The notes: generated from the letters alone by a model not told the origin. A DNA stretch of 64,000 nucleotides from Candidatus Melainabacteria bacterium 17Bon1m (GCA_032128875.1 JAVLKG010000005.1:192001-256000); one strand, 5' to 3'; positions 49,091-59,809 are shown, counted from the stretch's first letter. Numbers and translations are program-made.

Positions 49091-49333
49091 ATGCGGAACA
49101 ACAAGAAATATCCGGTAAGACCACAGGACAGAGCCGGCGGCATTGCGTCTGCGCTCACTTTTCTCGCTTCTTTGATCACTGGTGGCATTGTCACCCAGAG
49201 TCATGACGTTCGCGTGGTATGCGCAATTGTCTGCGCTATCACTCTGACGTCCACGATGTACTTCGTGACCAAGGACTTTGAGAAGAACGGCGGGCACGAC
49301 GACGAGAATCCGGGTCCCCCGGGCGGTCGCTAA
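49091..49333 (+). CDS. Small two-TM protein
   Basis: Two hydrophobic segments; co-oriented with the previous gene. Confidence 0.55.
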   Translation: MRNNKKYPVRPQDRAGGIASALTFLASLITGGIVTQSHDVRVVCAIVCAITLTSTMYFVTKDFEKNGGHDDENPGPPGGR

Positions 49334-49537
49334 TTTGTTCGATTCGGAATCTTTCCGGCGGGTTGCTCGGCGAAGCATGGGTGTCAACTCATCGCTTCGT
49401 CGAGCTCCTTTTTTGCCTCGCTGTTATACTACACCATGTAGCATAGCGTCGTCTTTGCTTTGCGTTTGTTTGCTTTGTACGACATTGCTGTCTGGTGGCG
49501 AGTACAATTGGCACGCTGTCCAAAAACTGAGGCGATA

Positions 49538-49897
49538 TTGAACACAACTACTGTACAGAGCGAAATTCAGGTGCTTGAGGATAAGCTCGTTGAGGCAGAA
49601 TTGGGACCTGATCCGATTTTCTTTCAAACGTATCTCGATGACAACGCAATAATGGTCAACGAGGGAAACGCCGCAATGATGAAGGATAAGGTGGTAGCGG
49701 CGCACCAGCCTGGCGCGGGTCCAAAGTTCACACGTGTCGAAATGTTTGACATGCAAATTATCGATCACGGCACTGCGGCTGTTGTGGTTTGCAACGGCGA
49801 GTATGAAATGCCCGGTAAGACTCACAAGCTGAAATTTACTCGAACCTGGGTTAAGAAGCCAGAAGGATGGCGCATCGTTTCTGGAACAGTTGCATAG
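49538..49897 (+). CDS. NTF2-like (DUF4440) protein
   Basis: GAGG RBS and TTG start; HGTAAVV, FTRTWVKKPEGWRIV. Confidence 0.85.
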   Translation: MNTTTVQSEIQVLEDKLVEAELGPDPIFFQTYLDDNAIMVNEGNAAMMKDKVVAAHQPGAGPKFTRVEMFDMQIIDHGTAAVVVCNGEYEMPGKTHKLKFTRTWVKKPEGWRIVSGTVA

Positions 49898-49911
49898 GGC
49901 TTACTGTAGAA

Positions 49912-50556
49912 ATGGTTTCTGCCACCATAAGAACTCTTGCTTGTTTGCTATTGCCCGTGTTTCTCACTGGCTGTGTTGATTCGCGTGCCGTGACCGTGCG
50001 ACGCGCGAAGTTGCTTGCTCATAAGCATGACATAAAGACTGAAACACAGCCGAAAAAGCTGGGCGAGTTTCACTGTGCCGCAAACGAAAATACTTTCTGG
50101 GACTACAAATTCGTCCCCACCATCGCTGTCGAAAAGACAAAGATGATCAAGCAAGATGATTGGTTTGCAGTCACCGTCAAAGTGAAACATGTGACAGTGG
50201 AAACAGCGTTGCCATTCGATATGTGGCTGCCCGCAAACGCATCTGACGACGTCATCGCTCATGAGGACGGGCATGTTCGCATTTGCAAACATTACTACCG
50301 TGATGCTGCACGCCAGGCGCGTAAATGCGGATTGCATGTGCTTGGGCGGGATTTCGTCGGCGAGGCTAAAGATGAAGATACGGCGATCAAACTAGCTATA
50401 AATGCTGCAAGCAAAGAGATGACTGAGTGCTATCGCGGAACAATCGTGGAGCCCGCTGCCCGCGCGTCTGCGGCTTATGACAAGATGATGGCAGACAAGT
50501 CCACGAAGCTGTCGGTAGATCGCGCTATCGAGAAAGCGATTGCGGACGCTCATTAG
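49912..50556 (+). CDS. DUF922-like lipoprotein, putative Zn protease
   Basis: Lipobox LTGC; AHEDGHVRI; A..YD near the C-terminus. Confidence 0.7.
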   Translation: MVSATIRTLACLLLPVFLTGCVDSRAVTVRRAKLLAHKHDIKTETQPKKLGEFHCAANENTFWDYKFVPTIAVEKTKMIKQDDWFAVTVKVKHVTVETALPFDMWLPANASDDVIAHEDGHVRICKHYYRDAARQARKCGLHVLGRDFVGEAKDEDTAIKLAINAASKEMTECYRGTIVEPAARASAAYDKMMADKSTKLSVDRAIEKAIADAH

Positions 50557-51676
50557 CAGCGAGTTCTTGCAGCCTGCGCACGATGGCACGTGCCGAGTTC
50601 GCATGTCCCATGGCTGCAGCCGCTTCGCTCATTTCCTTGAGAAGAGGAGGAGAACTGATTACCTTGTCGAGCTTGTACGTCAGTGTTCTGATATTCCCCG
50701 ATGCGGCTGCGCCGTGTTCGAGCAAGTGATTCGCGTTGCGCTCTTCTTGTCCCGGAATAGGATTGACGATGAGCATGGGTAGCGAGGATGCGAGACACTC
50801 GGATGAAGTTAAGCCTCCTGATTTCCCAATCATCAAATCAGCCGCTGCCATATAAACCTGCATGGAATCCGTGTGTCCGACCGCATGAAAGTCGCGAAAG
50901 TATGAAGGCGAGATCGATTGCATTCGAAGCAATTGCGCGCGCAGCTTCTCGTTCTTGCCGCAAAGGACGACTGTTTGAAAGCGAGTTCTGCACAACATTG
51001 CAGATTCGACAGTTTCAATCACAGGTCCTACTCCGAACCCTCCGGCGGAAATTAAAACCACCGGCAGGTCTTCACGCAGCCCAAGTTGTTTTCTCGCCTC
51101 TGATTTTGACGGTGCGCCAGCGAATTTTACCGATATTGGAATGCCGGTAACACTGATGTCCTCTCGGTCTACCCCGAGATGTTGAAGTTGGCGCGAGGTC
51201 TCTTCGAACGCTGTGAAATAGTGGTGAACCGGTTCCGATAGCCAAAATGCGTGAGCGTCGAAGTCGGTGATGACGGTTGCCAGGTATGCATCGAGGCGGC
51301 GCCGGCGGGTTGCGAAAGCTGCAAGTTCGGATGCGAGGAAGTGCGTGCTGACCACGACGTCAGGACGTTCGTTTGTTAGATAACGCAGCATAGGGAGGGC
51401 GTTTGCAACATCGAAGGTCATGCGCCTTGCGTCGAATTTCTTTGCGTGATCGGTCGCGTCGTACAAAGCTCCAAGCAAATGCGGAGCCCGGTTGACGAGT
51501 GTGATGTACTGTTTTGAATACATCGATCGCATGAATGGGCTGACTTTCTTGAGTACATCTAAGTTAATGACCTCCTGCGCGATTCCACTTTCGCGCAGCG
51601 CGCCTTCAAGAGCGTTGGCAGCGGTGACATGTCCTGCGCCAGCTGAAGCCGATAAAACCATCACTTTTCTGAACAT
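50525..51676 (-). CDS. GT28 diacylglycerol glycosyltransferase (UgtP/MGDG synthase-like)
   Basis: SASAGAGHV, VSTHF, VITDF..H..W, TGIP, GKSGGLTSSE, PIPGQEERNA. Confidence 0.92.
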   Translation of the reverse strand: MFRKVMVLSASAGAGHVTAANALEGALRESGIAQEVINLDVLKKVSPFMRSMYSKQYITLVNRAPHLLGALYDATDHAKKFDARRMTFDVANALPMLRYLTNERPDVVVSTHFLASELAAFATRRRRLDAYLATVITDFDAHAFWLSEPVHHYFTAFEETSRQLQHLGVDREDISVTGIPISVKFAGAPSKSEARKQLGLREDLPVVLISAGGFGVGPVIETVESAMLCRTRFQTVVLCGKNEKLRAQLLRMQSISPSYFRDFHAVGHTDSMQVYMAAADLMIGKSGGLTSSECLASSLPMLIVNPIPGQEERNANHLLEHGAAASGNIRTLTYKLDKVISSPPLLKEMSEAAAAMGHANSARAIVRRLQELAANERPQSLSR

Positions 51677-51915
51677 TTTTTGATTTGCTACCTCTTTGTA
51701 TTTGCATATTCCTGTCGAGCAGTGAATCTGTGTTTATTCAAGCTCAAAGGACTACGAGAGTTTTCTCCTGCCAAACAGAATCTCAACTGTTCGTTGGTCG
51801 CTCGTCCACTATCCATCTTTGCGATCAGCGCCCGATTGGTTTTGCTTACAGGGATCGCGGGGAAGAGTCTTAATGTCGGGCGGAAGGACGTCTGCCATTT
51901 CCTGAGGTGTGTTCA

Positions 51916-53274
51916 ATGCCGTTAGTATTCATTCATGGCGTGAACGTCCGAGAGGGCGAAGAGTACGAGCAGGACATGGCGCTGCGCAATCGACTCTTTG
52001 CAGATGTGTTTTTCAAAATTCTGGGGCGCAATGTTCCGGACGCAGCGATTTTTAGCCCTTATTGGGGCGAATTGGCGCCAACTGGTTCTACCGACAATCC
52101 ATATTTGCCGAAGCTCGATCTGAAGAGCCTGCAGGAGCGTCGCAAACGTGTTCGTGCACTAATTCCTGAAGCCACTAAGAAGGTCCTTGGGCTATCGTCG
52201 AACCCTCTTCTTGCGCTCGCCAAATCCGGTTCTATGGAGGAGATGTTCGACCTGATGGTCACGGTCGCGCACGATGACATGAAAAACGCTGAGGACGGCG
52301 GCAAACGAATGAAGTCGTTGAGTCATTTTGCATATGAATCGACAAAGTGGAGACAAAAGTTTGCTGGTCGAAAACAACAACTCGATTGGCTTAACGAGAT
52401 TGGCAGCGATGAAGAATTATTAGACAGATTGCAAAATGAAATCAAACTTTCACCTGCGGAATTCAATTTGCGTACGTCTGTGAATATGCATGAGTGGATA
52501 AAAAACCGCCTGGCTCTGTCGAAAGAACGCATCAAAGACCGTCTGGAGATTTCCAGAGAGCGCTTGAAAGACGGTGTTGATGCCTCTCGCGAGCGCATAC
52601 GCGCGCGCTTAGAACTCTCTCGCACTCGCATTAACAAGGCGCGAAAAGTCGCTCGTGGTGGCGCGAAGGCTGCTATCGCATCAACGCGAAAACTAACAAC
52701 TAACGTTGCTGCTCTTGCTATCAGTAATCCAGCTAGACGCATATTTCACGCGCAGATGTCAGCGTTTATCGGCGACTCGTTCTTTTATTTTGGCAGTCGT
52801 GGAGAGCGTTTTGACCCTGGCTCTGTGCCATCGATTTGTATTCAGGCAATTGAAACTGCGGCGAGTATGCGAACAGAAGAGGATCCGGATCTGATTGTTG
52901 TTGCGCATAGCATGGGCAGCAACATTATCTGCGATATCCTTTCCTACTTTGCACCTTCTTTGGAGATCGATCTTGTTCTCACTGTTGGTGCCCAGTTTCC
53001 ACTGTTTGCAGATCTGGATATGTTCCCTGGTTTTTCTGCAGACGAGCGACCTATCCCTAAGCCTGATGCGGCATTAAACTGGATCAATTTTTATGACCCG
53101 AATGACTTCTTAGGCTACGCAGCGTCCGGCGTTTTCGACGGTATTATTGACGTTCCGTTTAGTAGTGGTCGCTTTGGCGTGACCACTCATGCAGACTATT
53201 TCAAGTTCGTTTCTTTCTTTGAACTCATGGGACGCACTGTTTGTGACGTTTTGGAAATCGAGCCGAGTTGTTAA
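51916..53274 (+). CDS. Alpha/beta hydrolase-fold protein with helical repeat insert
   Basis: VFIHGV, VVAHSMGS, WINFYDPNDFL, THADYF. Confidence 0.85.
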   Translation: MPLVFIHGVNVREGEEYEQDMALRNRLFADVFFKILGRNVPDAAIFSPYWGELAPTGSTDNPYLPKLDLKSLQERRKRVRALIPEATKKVLGLSSNPLLALAKSGSMEEMFDLMVTVAHDDMKNAEDGGKRMKSLSHFAYESTKWRQKFAGRKQQLDWLNEIGSDEELLDRLQNEIKLSPAEFNLRTSVNMHEWIKNRLALSKERIKDRLEISRERLKDGVDASRERIRARLELSRTRINKARKVARGGAKAAIASTRKLTTNVAALAISNPARRIFHAQMSAFIGDSFFYFGSRGERFDPGSVPSICIQAIETAASMRTEEDPDLIVVAHSMGSNIICDILSYFAPSLEIDLVLTVGAQFPLFADLDMFPGFSADERPIPKPDAALNWINFYDPNDFLGYAASGVFDGIIDVPFSSGRFGVTTHADYFKFVSFFELMGRTVCDVLEIEPSC

Positions 53275-53368
53275 ACCCTTTCTGGACGGCAAGCGGAGCA
53301 GCAATCAAACACTGGTTAGGCGCAAGTTCTTCGAAATCGTATATGATGCCTCTTTCCGGAGGTGGGAC

Positions 53369-54070
53369 ATGTCAGGAAAGTTATTAGCGAGCGTTATAGC
53401 CTTAACTGCAGTCAGCATTAGTTTGCCGGCAATTGCGCAGACTGAATCGCCAAAACCATTTCCAAAACCAAAGCCAGGCATCTTTGTCCAGACACTTCAA
53501 AAGAGTTCAACGCAGAAGGACGGCGCTGCCATGCAAAAACAAGATAGTCCCGCTCCCAATCCATCTGCTGTGACGTATCCAGGCATGAAGCGATACGTAG
53601 ACCTGAATGGTTTTTTCTCTATTCTAATGCGCGGTACACCCGACAAGGACGCGCAATTCGAGCTTGTCGACAATGCCAAATACTCGACAGTTTCTGAGAG
53701 CGACAATCAGGGAAAATGGTCGGTAAGTTACGCTGACGTGCTGGGGATGGGTAAAGCGCCTCATGATTCTAAGAAGCAATCCGCTGTAATACAGCAACAG
53801 ACTCAAGCGTACATTGAAAAAATTCACGGCAAGATGAATTCACTAAAAGCGCATGCAAAGTTCGGTTATCAGTTTCGCGATATTTCCGGCAGAATCGATG
53901 GTAGCTCTGAAAATAGATTTCGTCTTAATGCCTATCTATCCGGCAATCGTATGTTCATTGTCGCTGTCGAAGGGAAAGAAGATTGGGTGAAGTCTGCACA
54001 AGTAGAAGCTTTTCTCAATTCATTTGAAGTTCCTGGAGCGACTGCAGTACCCAAACTTAACGTTCAGTGA
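53369..54070 (+). CDS. Secreted hypothetical protein
   Basis: GGAGG RBS; signal peptide ending AIA; C-terminal VEAFLNSFEV. Confidence 0.8.
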   Translation: MSGKLLASVIALTAVSISLPAIAQTESPKPFPKPKPGIFVQTLQKSSTQKDGAAMQKQDSPAPNPSAVTYPGMKRYVDLNGFFSILMRGTPDKDAQFELVDNAKYSTVSESDNQGKWSVSYADVLGMGKAPHDSKKQSAVIQQQTQAYIEKIHGKMNSLKAHAKFGYQFRDISGRIDGSSENRFRLNAYLSGNRMFIVAVEGKEDWVKSAQVEAFLNSFEVPGATAVPKLNVQ

Positions 54071-54089
54071 GCGGTGAAGTGTTTGTTCA

Positions 54090-54854
54090 ATGAGCATTTC
54101 GGTGTCCTTAAATTCATCGTTTGATGTCGTGAAAGTTATTGCTTGCACCGCAGCAGGATTGCTTCTTTGCACGAACAGTGCATTTGCGTTTGACGAGCAG
54201 AAATATCAAAGCTTACTTGAATCAGCTCGGCAGCACTCTCAAGCGATGGAGGTTGAAGCTGCCATCAATGACCTTACGGCGGCAATCAAGGTGAATCCCA
54301 GCGAACCGCGCACATACCAATTGCGCGCAGAAGGCTTGAGGGACCTGAATCTTTTGCCAGAAGCGCTCAAGGACATAGCGCACGCTATTGAATTATCTCC
54401 AAAGGATGCTGGACTGTGGCGGGACAAAGGTTGGCTTCACTACAAACTTGGACAGCACAAACTTGCTGTGGAAGACTACTCTAAAGCGCTCGCGCTGAAT
54501 CCAAAAGATGGTAATGCGTATCGGTCGCGCGCGCGCAGCCACGCGTGTCTGAAAGATTGGAAAAGCGCCGCGGCTGATTACGAAAAATGTTTGCAGTTCA
54601 AATCAAAAGCAATTCTGCGCACTGAAGTTGAAAACAGATGGTCGCTTGGCGATATTTACTTGAAAGATAAGAGATTCAACGAAGCGCTTGCACAGTTCAA
54701 TTACCTGATCGAGCATTATCCTCAAATAAGCAAAGGCTATTACGGGCGCGCTGACCTTTACAAACAGCAAGGCAAAGCCGATCTTGCAAAGAGAGACCTG
54801 CAAAAGGCGCACGAGCTTGACTATGAGATGGATCCGGCTTTGAGAAAAATGTGA
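54090..54854 (+). CDS. Secreted TPR protein
   Basis: Signal ending AFA; repeats AINDLTAAIKVNP, AVEDYSKALALNP. Confidence 0.9.
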   Translation: MSISVSLNSSFDVVKVIACTAAGLLLCTNSAFAFDEQKYQSLLESARQHSQAMEVEAAINDLTAAIKVNPSEPRTYQLRAEGLRDLNLLPEALKDIAHAIELSPKDAGLWRDKGWLHYKLGQHKLAVEDYSKALALNPKDGNAYRSRARSHACLKDWKSAAADYEKCLQFKSKAILRTEVENRWSLGDIYLKDKRFNEALAQFNYLIEHYPQISKGYYGRADLYKQQGKADLAKRDLQKAHELDYEMDPALRKM

Positions 54855-54908
54855 CCCGCATTGTATGATTCTTGCTTGATGCAGGAAGCCGGAGGTCGGG
54901 AGTACTAA

Positions 54909-55307
54909 ATGCCACGAGGAGCAAAGCTGACAGGTTGTGTACCCATGCTGTGGGTGCCGGACCTGACTGATGCTGTTGAGTTCTATGTGGAAACGCTCGG
55001 TTTCAAATGCGACGCGTTAGAGCCCGATGGACACTGGGCGCAAGTGACGCGCGATGGTTTTTCAATTATGTTCGCACTGCCGTATGAAGGCTGGGACTTC
55101 GAGGAGCCGGAGTTTACCGGATCTATCTACTTCCGCACAGACAAAGTTGACACCCTGTGGAAGAAAATCAGCAAAAACGAAGATATCAACGTTTGCTATC
55201 CCATTGATGACATGGAATATGGCATGCGCGAATTCGGAATTTATGACTTGAATGGATACCTGCTCCAATTCGGGCAGCCAATTTCTGGCGATGAAGACGA
55301 TGAGTAG
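54909..55307 (+). CDS. VOC/glyoxalase/bleomycin-resistance family protein
   Basis: PMLWVPDL..AVEFY..TLGF, YGMREFGIYDLNGYLLQFG. Confidence 0.92.
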   Translation: MPRGAKLTGCVPMLWVPDLTDAVEFYVETLGFKCDALEPDGHWAQVTRDGFSIMFALPYEGWDFEEPEFTGSIYFRTDKVDTLWKKISKNEDINVCYPIDDMEYGMREFGIYDLNGYLLQFGQPISGDEDDE

Positions 55308-55455
55308 GTAAAACGCCGCCGCGTTTTATACGTCAGTGGTTGAGCGTCTGAGAGTATTTTTTGCTGGCTCCAAATGAAACCTTCAGATCACAGTTTGAAA
55401 CTTCAGTGAATCAGGCAGGTATTCCATAGGTCTTCACCTTATGGAGTAATTCGAC

Positions 55456-55659
55456 GTGGATCAGAAGGACAAACGCGACTTGATGGCTGCGATGATTGTT
55501 CAGAAAGTAGTCAATGACAAAATCGTCTGGCTCGGCGAAGCCAAGGTGAAAAACGAGACGAGCAAGGTTGATGAAATCTATACGCGTGACGGTTTTCAAA
55601 CCATCGTCGAAGGCGCCTATGTGCTTGTCGACAAGATGCTGGCGAAAGACGGTAAGTAA
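55456..55659 (+). CDS. Small hypothetical protein
   Basis: GGAG RBS, GTG start, coding-like composition. Confidence 0.65.
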   Translation: MDQKDKRDLMAAMIVQKVVNDKIVWLGEAKVKNETSKVDEIYTRDGFQTIVEGAYVLVDKMLAKDGK

Positions 55660-55894
55660 AAGCGTTTCGCCCTTTCTAAACTAGCACCTGGCTCTGCATA
55701 TTACAGCGGGCGCCAGGCGTTTATATCCTTCTTGCAACTAGCTTGCAACCGCCTCGCTTTCCAGGGAATGCGAGGCATACCGCGTTACGCGGTCAACATT
55801 ACTTTGCACAAATGATCATAAAAGTGGAAGGTTCTCGTGAAGCTGCAAATCCGCTGGTAGATTGAGCGCAGGCGAGATTCAATAGGAGAATCAA

Positions 55895-56332
55895 ATGAAA
55901 CGCAAAGCATCTGCTGAATGGCAAAAAGGTCTTAAGGACGGAAAAGGCACCATCACGACCGAATCAGGCGTTTTGGAAAAAACTCAATACAGCTTCAGCA
56001 CAAGATTTGAAGAAGGCAAAGGAACCAACCCGGAAGAGTTGATTGCTGCTGCTCACTCTGGCTGCTTCTCGATGGCATTGTCTGCTCAGCTCGGCGAACT
56101 TGGTTTGACCGCTGACAAGATCAACACCACCGCAACAGTTAAGCTCGAAAAGCTGGAAACCGGCTTCACCGTGACCGAAATTCACCTCGAAGTTGTTGCT
56201 GCTATTCCGAACGCAACTGAAGAACAATTCAAGACCGCAACCGAAAATGCTAAGACCGGCTGCCCGATCTCGAAGCTCTTCAATGCGAAGATCACAATGG
56301 ATGCCAAATTGGAAACCGCTGTCAAAGCGTAG
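55895..56332 (+). CDS. osmC: OsmC peroxiredoxin
   Basis: YSFSTRFE, GTNPEELIAAAHSGCFSMAL, AKTGCPISK. Confidence 0.96.
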   Translation: MKRKASAEWQKGLKDGKGTITTESGVLEKTQYSFSTRFEEGKGTNPEELIAAAHSGCFSMALSAQLGELGLTADKINTTATVKLEKLETGFTVTEIHLEVVAAIPNATEEQFKTATENAKTGCPISKLFNAKITMDAKLETAVKA

Positions 56333-56438
56333 TTTTCAGTTCTAAACATTCAGTAGAAAACTTAAACGAGCTCGGAATTCTCCGGGCTCGTTTTGTCTAG
56401 CTGTATAGTGGAGATATTGTCTATTTGGATGACTCTTC

Positions 56439-57068
56439 GTGAAACCAGAAGACGACAAACGCAAAAAGCTGCCGGTCAAAGAAACTCTGAAGCGCCGCTG
56501 GGAAGAATTCAATGCGCGATTTTTTGAACATTCCTCTAAGGTCATACGGACGTTCGATAGTCTATCGGAAGTTGAGCGGCAGAGGTATGTCGAGCGTTTT
56601 TCAATCACAACCTGTGTAGGGTTTGCCTGCATCCTTTCCAGCTTCTTTTATTGGTTCTTACCGCCCGTCGTTAGAGTTTTGGTTGTGCCTGTATTCATCG
56701 GGTCTGCTTGGTGGGCGGGTGCTCGGATTGGTCCGAAACTCATAACTCCGGAAGGAAGAGAGCGGCTTATTCAGAGTTTCAATATTGTTGAGACTCAACA
56801 ATTATTCGAAGCAATTATGTTTACCAGTTATTCTTCGGTATTCGCAGCACTTCCGCTCGTTTTTGCGCCGCACCAATTTGTTGTGCTGATGCATGATGCT
56901 TCTATTCGAACTCTCTTCCTCTCTCTGTTTACCTGGATTTTGATTGGTGCTCCGCTGTTTGTGTTGTCGAAGACGATTCAAACTCGATGTTTGATTGTTT
57001 TGATATTCTCTGTTCCTGCGGCTGTCCTCGTTTGGAGCTTGGTATTGAATCTTCTGTACTTTAGCTGA
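56439..57068 (+). CDS. Membrane protein
   Basis: About five hydrophobic helices after a charged N-terminus. Confidence 0.75.
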   Translation: MKPEDDKRKKLPVKETLKRRWEEFNARFFEHSSKVIRTFDSLSEVERQRYVERFSITTCVGFACILSSFFYWFLPPVVRVLVVPVFIGSAWWAGARIGPKLITPEGRERLIQSFNIVETQQLFEAIMFTSYSSVFAALPLVFAPHQFVVLMHDASIRTLFLSLFTWILIGAPLFVLSKTIQTRCLIVLIFSVPAAVLVWSLVLNLLYFS

Positions 57069-57214
57069 TGGGTATATTGTGGGATATTGTTTCTTCTCGG
57101 ATTTACCTTGAGAAGGAACGTCAAGAAGAAACAGCAAATGTTGGTTGATGCCACGCCGCCTGCGAATTCAACTGTGTTTTTTGCCACAGAGAATGCGGGA
57201 AGCTAAAGGTAACG

Positions 57215-57616
57215 ATGAAAACCGATAAGAGTAAAACAGACACAGATGGGAAGCTCAAAAACGGGCACCACAAGGAGCACTTCAAAGATGGCTCTGTGAT
57301 GTGCGAGGGCGAGTTTCGTAACGGCGAGAAAGTCGGTGAATGGAAATATTATCTCGTCAACGGCAACTTGAAAGCGATTGGTCGTTTCGAAAACGGCAAG
57401 ATGTTTGGCGAATGGAAGTGGTATCGTGAAAACGGCGAACTAATGCAAACCGGTTCATTCGATAAAGACGAACAAAAGAGTGGTGTGTGGGTTCGCTATC
57501 AAGAAAACGGTAAGAAGTACGATGAAGGTGAGTTTCGTGCTGGGAAGAAAATTGGGGAATGGCATCTCTACGATAAGAATGGAAAACTAGCGAAGACCAG
57601 TAAGCACAAGGGTTAA
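57215..57616 (+). CDS. MORN-variant repeat (YwqK-like) protein
   Basis: Repeated GEWKYYxxNG units. Confidence 0.9.
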   Translation: MKTDKSKTDTDGKLKNGHHKEHFKDGSVMCEGEFRNGEKVGEWKYYLVNGNLKAIGRFENGKMFGEWKWYRENGELMQTGSFDKDEQKSGVWVRYQENGKKYDEGEFRAGKKIGEWHLYDKNGKLAKTSKHKG

Positions 57617-57619
57617 GAG

Positions 57620-58105
57620 ATGCCGCCCGAGAAACAAAAAGTTGACAATGTTCCAAAGATTGTAGAAGTTAGTGCCGAGCTTTTGGAAGAAAATGCTCAA
57701 CTTCCTGCTGCTACTGAGGCGCAAGCGGATGCTGATTCCAACTTTGTTTCAGCAGTTTCTTCAGAGCATGCAAACGGGCCTCTGCCGCCAACTATCGCAT
57801 TGAAGACCACTTTGATGAAGGCACTGCCGTTTGTGCTGATCTCTCTAATTCTGTTTGGACTGCCTTTCATAATGTCTGATTTCAATGTTCTGTGGCTCAA
57901 GTATTCGCAGGTTCGGACGTACATGATGTGTGCGCTCATTTGGAATTTGATTGGTGCTTGCCTTTACGCTCAAGTAGATAAGCGCAATCAAAAAATTCTG
58001 ATTTTCCTTATTTTCGCGCTTCCTCTAATCACGTCACATCACTGGGCCAGCTTAATGTACATTATCGAAATGAGCCTTCGCTCAATTCTCAATGCTCCTT
58101 TGTAA
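57620..58105 (+). CDS. Membrane protein
   Basis: Three hydrophobic helices; starts 3 nt after the previous stop. Confidence 0.7.
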   Translation: MPPEKQKVDNVPKIVEVSAELLEENAQLPAATEAQADADSNFVSAVSSEHANGPLPPTIALKTTLMKALPFVLISLILFGLPFIMSDFNVLWLKYSQVRTYMMCALIWNLIGACLYAQVDKRNQKILIFLIFALPLITSHHWASLMYIIEMSLRSILNAPL

Positions 58106-58219
58106 GTCGTAGCCGATAGAGTACAGTTTTAGGCGCCAGTGCACTGCCTCTACTTGTTTAAGTGGCGCCGCCCAAGGGCATGTGAATAACGCGGTCTATT
58201 ACTAAATCCCCAACCTTTC

Positions 58220-59809
58220 ATGCATAGCCAAGGTCCACTCAGCAGCGGCAATAATGGGCAGCCGCGCCTTCCAAGAATTCCTCCAGATCGTTACACGATA
58301 CTGGGTGAACTTGGCAGCGGTGGTATGGGAACCGTGCTGAAGGCGACCCATGTGCACTTGAACAAGCCGGTTGCGATCAAAGTGTTGAACATGGAACTGG
58401 TCAAGGATCGCACGAGTTTGTCGCGTTTTGAGTCGGAAGCCAAAGCTGGCGGGCAGTTGGCGCATCCGAATCTTGTTGCTGTTTTCGACTTCGGGTATAC
58501 GCTCGATGGCGAGCCTTATTTCGTGATGGAGTACGTAGAGGGATTCAGTCTTGCGGAGCTGGTTAAGCGATGCGGTAAGTGCCCCAGCGCTGACTTCATC
58601 TTTGTGTTTATTCAAGCACTGAAGGCGCTCAACTATATTCACAGGAAAAACGTCATTCACCGCGACATAAAGAGCAGCAATATCATGTTGCAGTTCATCG
58701 AAGGCGACCGTTATGTGAAGCTGATTGACTTCGGTATTGCAAAGGTTCTCGCAGATACTGGTGTGACGATGCAGCAACTCACATCTACCGGAGAAGCGGT
58801 CGGAAGCCCGCTGTACATGAGCCCCGAGCAGTGTAAGGGCAGTCATGTTGACGTGCGAGCTGATATTTATTCGCTCGGATGCGTTATGCATGAATGTTTT
58901 GCAGGATATCCTCCGTTTCGTGGCGGCAACGCCATGCAAACTATTCACATGCACATCAATGATCCGCCCTCTCCTCTTGCCGGTCTGTGTAAGTCCGAGC
59001 AAGAGCTTCTGATTGCCAGCATGATTCACAAGTGCATACTCAAGCGTCCGGAAGACCGCTACCAGACGGCTGCAGAGCTGGGCATGCACTTAGAAGAGAT
59101 CGCAAATGTTGGTTCTCATGTACAGGCAATCCAGCGTCCAACAAACAGTGTTGATGCGGCGAACCGTTGGAAGAAGGGAAATAAAACGACGGAGCAAGGT
59201 TCGCCCATGATGCAGGGGCAGACTGGTGCAAACATTCCCCAGCTCGCACGCCCAGAGTTTCAAGATGCTACGCGAACTTCGGCGATGCAAGACAAATTTA
59301 TCGGCGGGCAAACGCAGGCATCGGGACTGAGTCAAACTTTGCGACGTCCAACGAGCCCGCTAAACCAAACCGGCATAGGGCCGGCTGGCCTGACCAATGC
59401 CGCAGGTGTGCCGGCGCAAGAGCCGCCACAGATTGATGAGCGCCTTCCTGAGCGTTGGAATTTGCATAATGTGAGTGGACAGCAGTCGATGTCGAATGGC
59501 AATTTCTACGAGGCTGAGAGGCACTTCCTTCAGGCAGTGGAAATCGCAGAACAATTCGGTCGCAGCGACGAACGCCTTCCGAACTCGCTTAATAGGCTCG
59601 CCCTCTGCTACAAGTCACAAGGTCGGTACGATGATGCGGAGAAAATCTACGTGCGAGCTGTCGAGATGCGAGAAGCCATTGTCGGTTCTCTGTCCAAAGA
59701 TCTGCTTCCACTACTAGAGCAGTACGCCGGGCTCTTGCGCATAGTAAAAAGAGATCAGGAAGCAGAAAAGATCGAAAAGCGAATTCATTTCATTATGAAA
59801 TCGAAATAG
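58220..59809 (+). CDS. Cytoplasmic Ser/Thr kinase with C-terminal TPR
   Basis: GSGGMG, VAIK, HRDIKSSN, DFG, GSPLYMSPE; SLNRLALCYKSQGRYDDAEKIY. Confidence 0.95.
   Translation: MHSQGPLSSGNNGQPRLPRIPPDRYTILGELGSGGMGTVLKATHVHLNKPVAIKVLNMELVKDRTSLSRFESEAKAGGQLAHPNLVAVFDFGYTLDGEPYFVMEYVEGFSLAELVKRCGKCPSADFIFVFIQALKALNYIHRKNVIHRDIKSSNIMLQFIEGDRYVKLIDFGIAKVLADTGVTMQQLTSTGEAVGSPLYMSPEQCKGSHVDVRADIYSLGCVMHECFAGYPPFRGGNAMQTIHMHINDPPSPLAGLCKSEQELLIASMIHKCILKRPEDRYQTAAELGMHLEEIANVGSHVQAIQRPTNSVDAANRWKKGNKTTEQGSPMMQGQTGANIPQLARPEFQDATRTSAMQDKFIGGQTQASGLSQTLRRPTSPLNQTGIGPAGLTNAAGVPAQEPPQIDERLPERWNLHNVSGQQSMSNGNFYEAERHFLQAVEIAEQFGRSDERLPNSLNRLALCYKSQGRYDDAEKIYVRAVEMREAIVGSLSKDLLPLLEQYAGLLRIVKRDQEAEKIEKRIHFIMKSK

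Noticed and set aside
57215-58105. YwqK-like protein as part of a toxin-antitoxin pair
   Set aside because: No recognisable toxin adjacent; MORN-variant repeats are generic.
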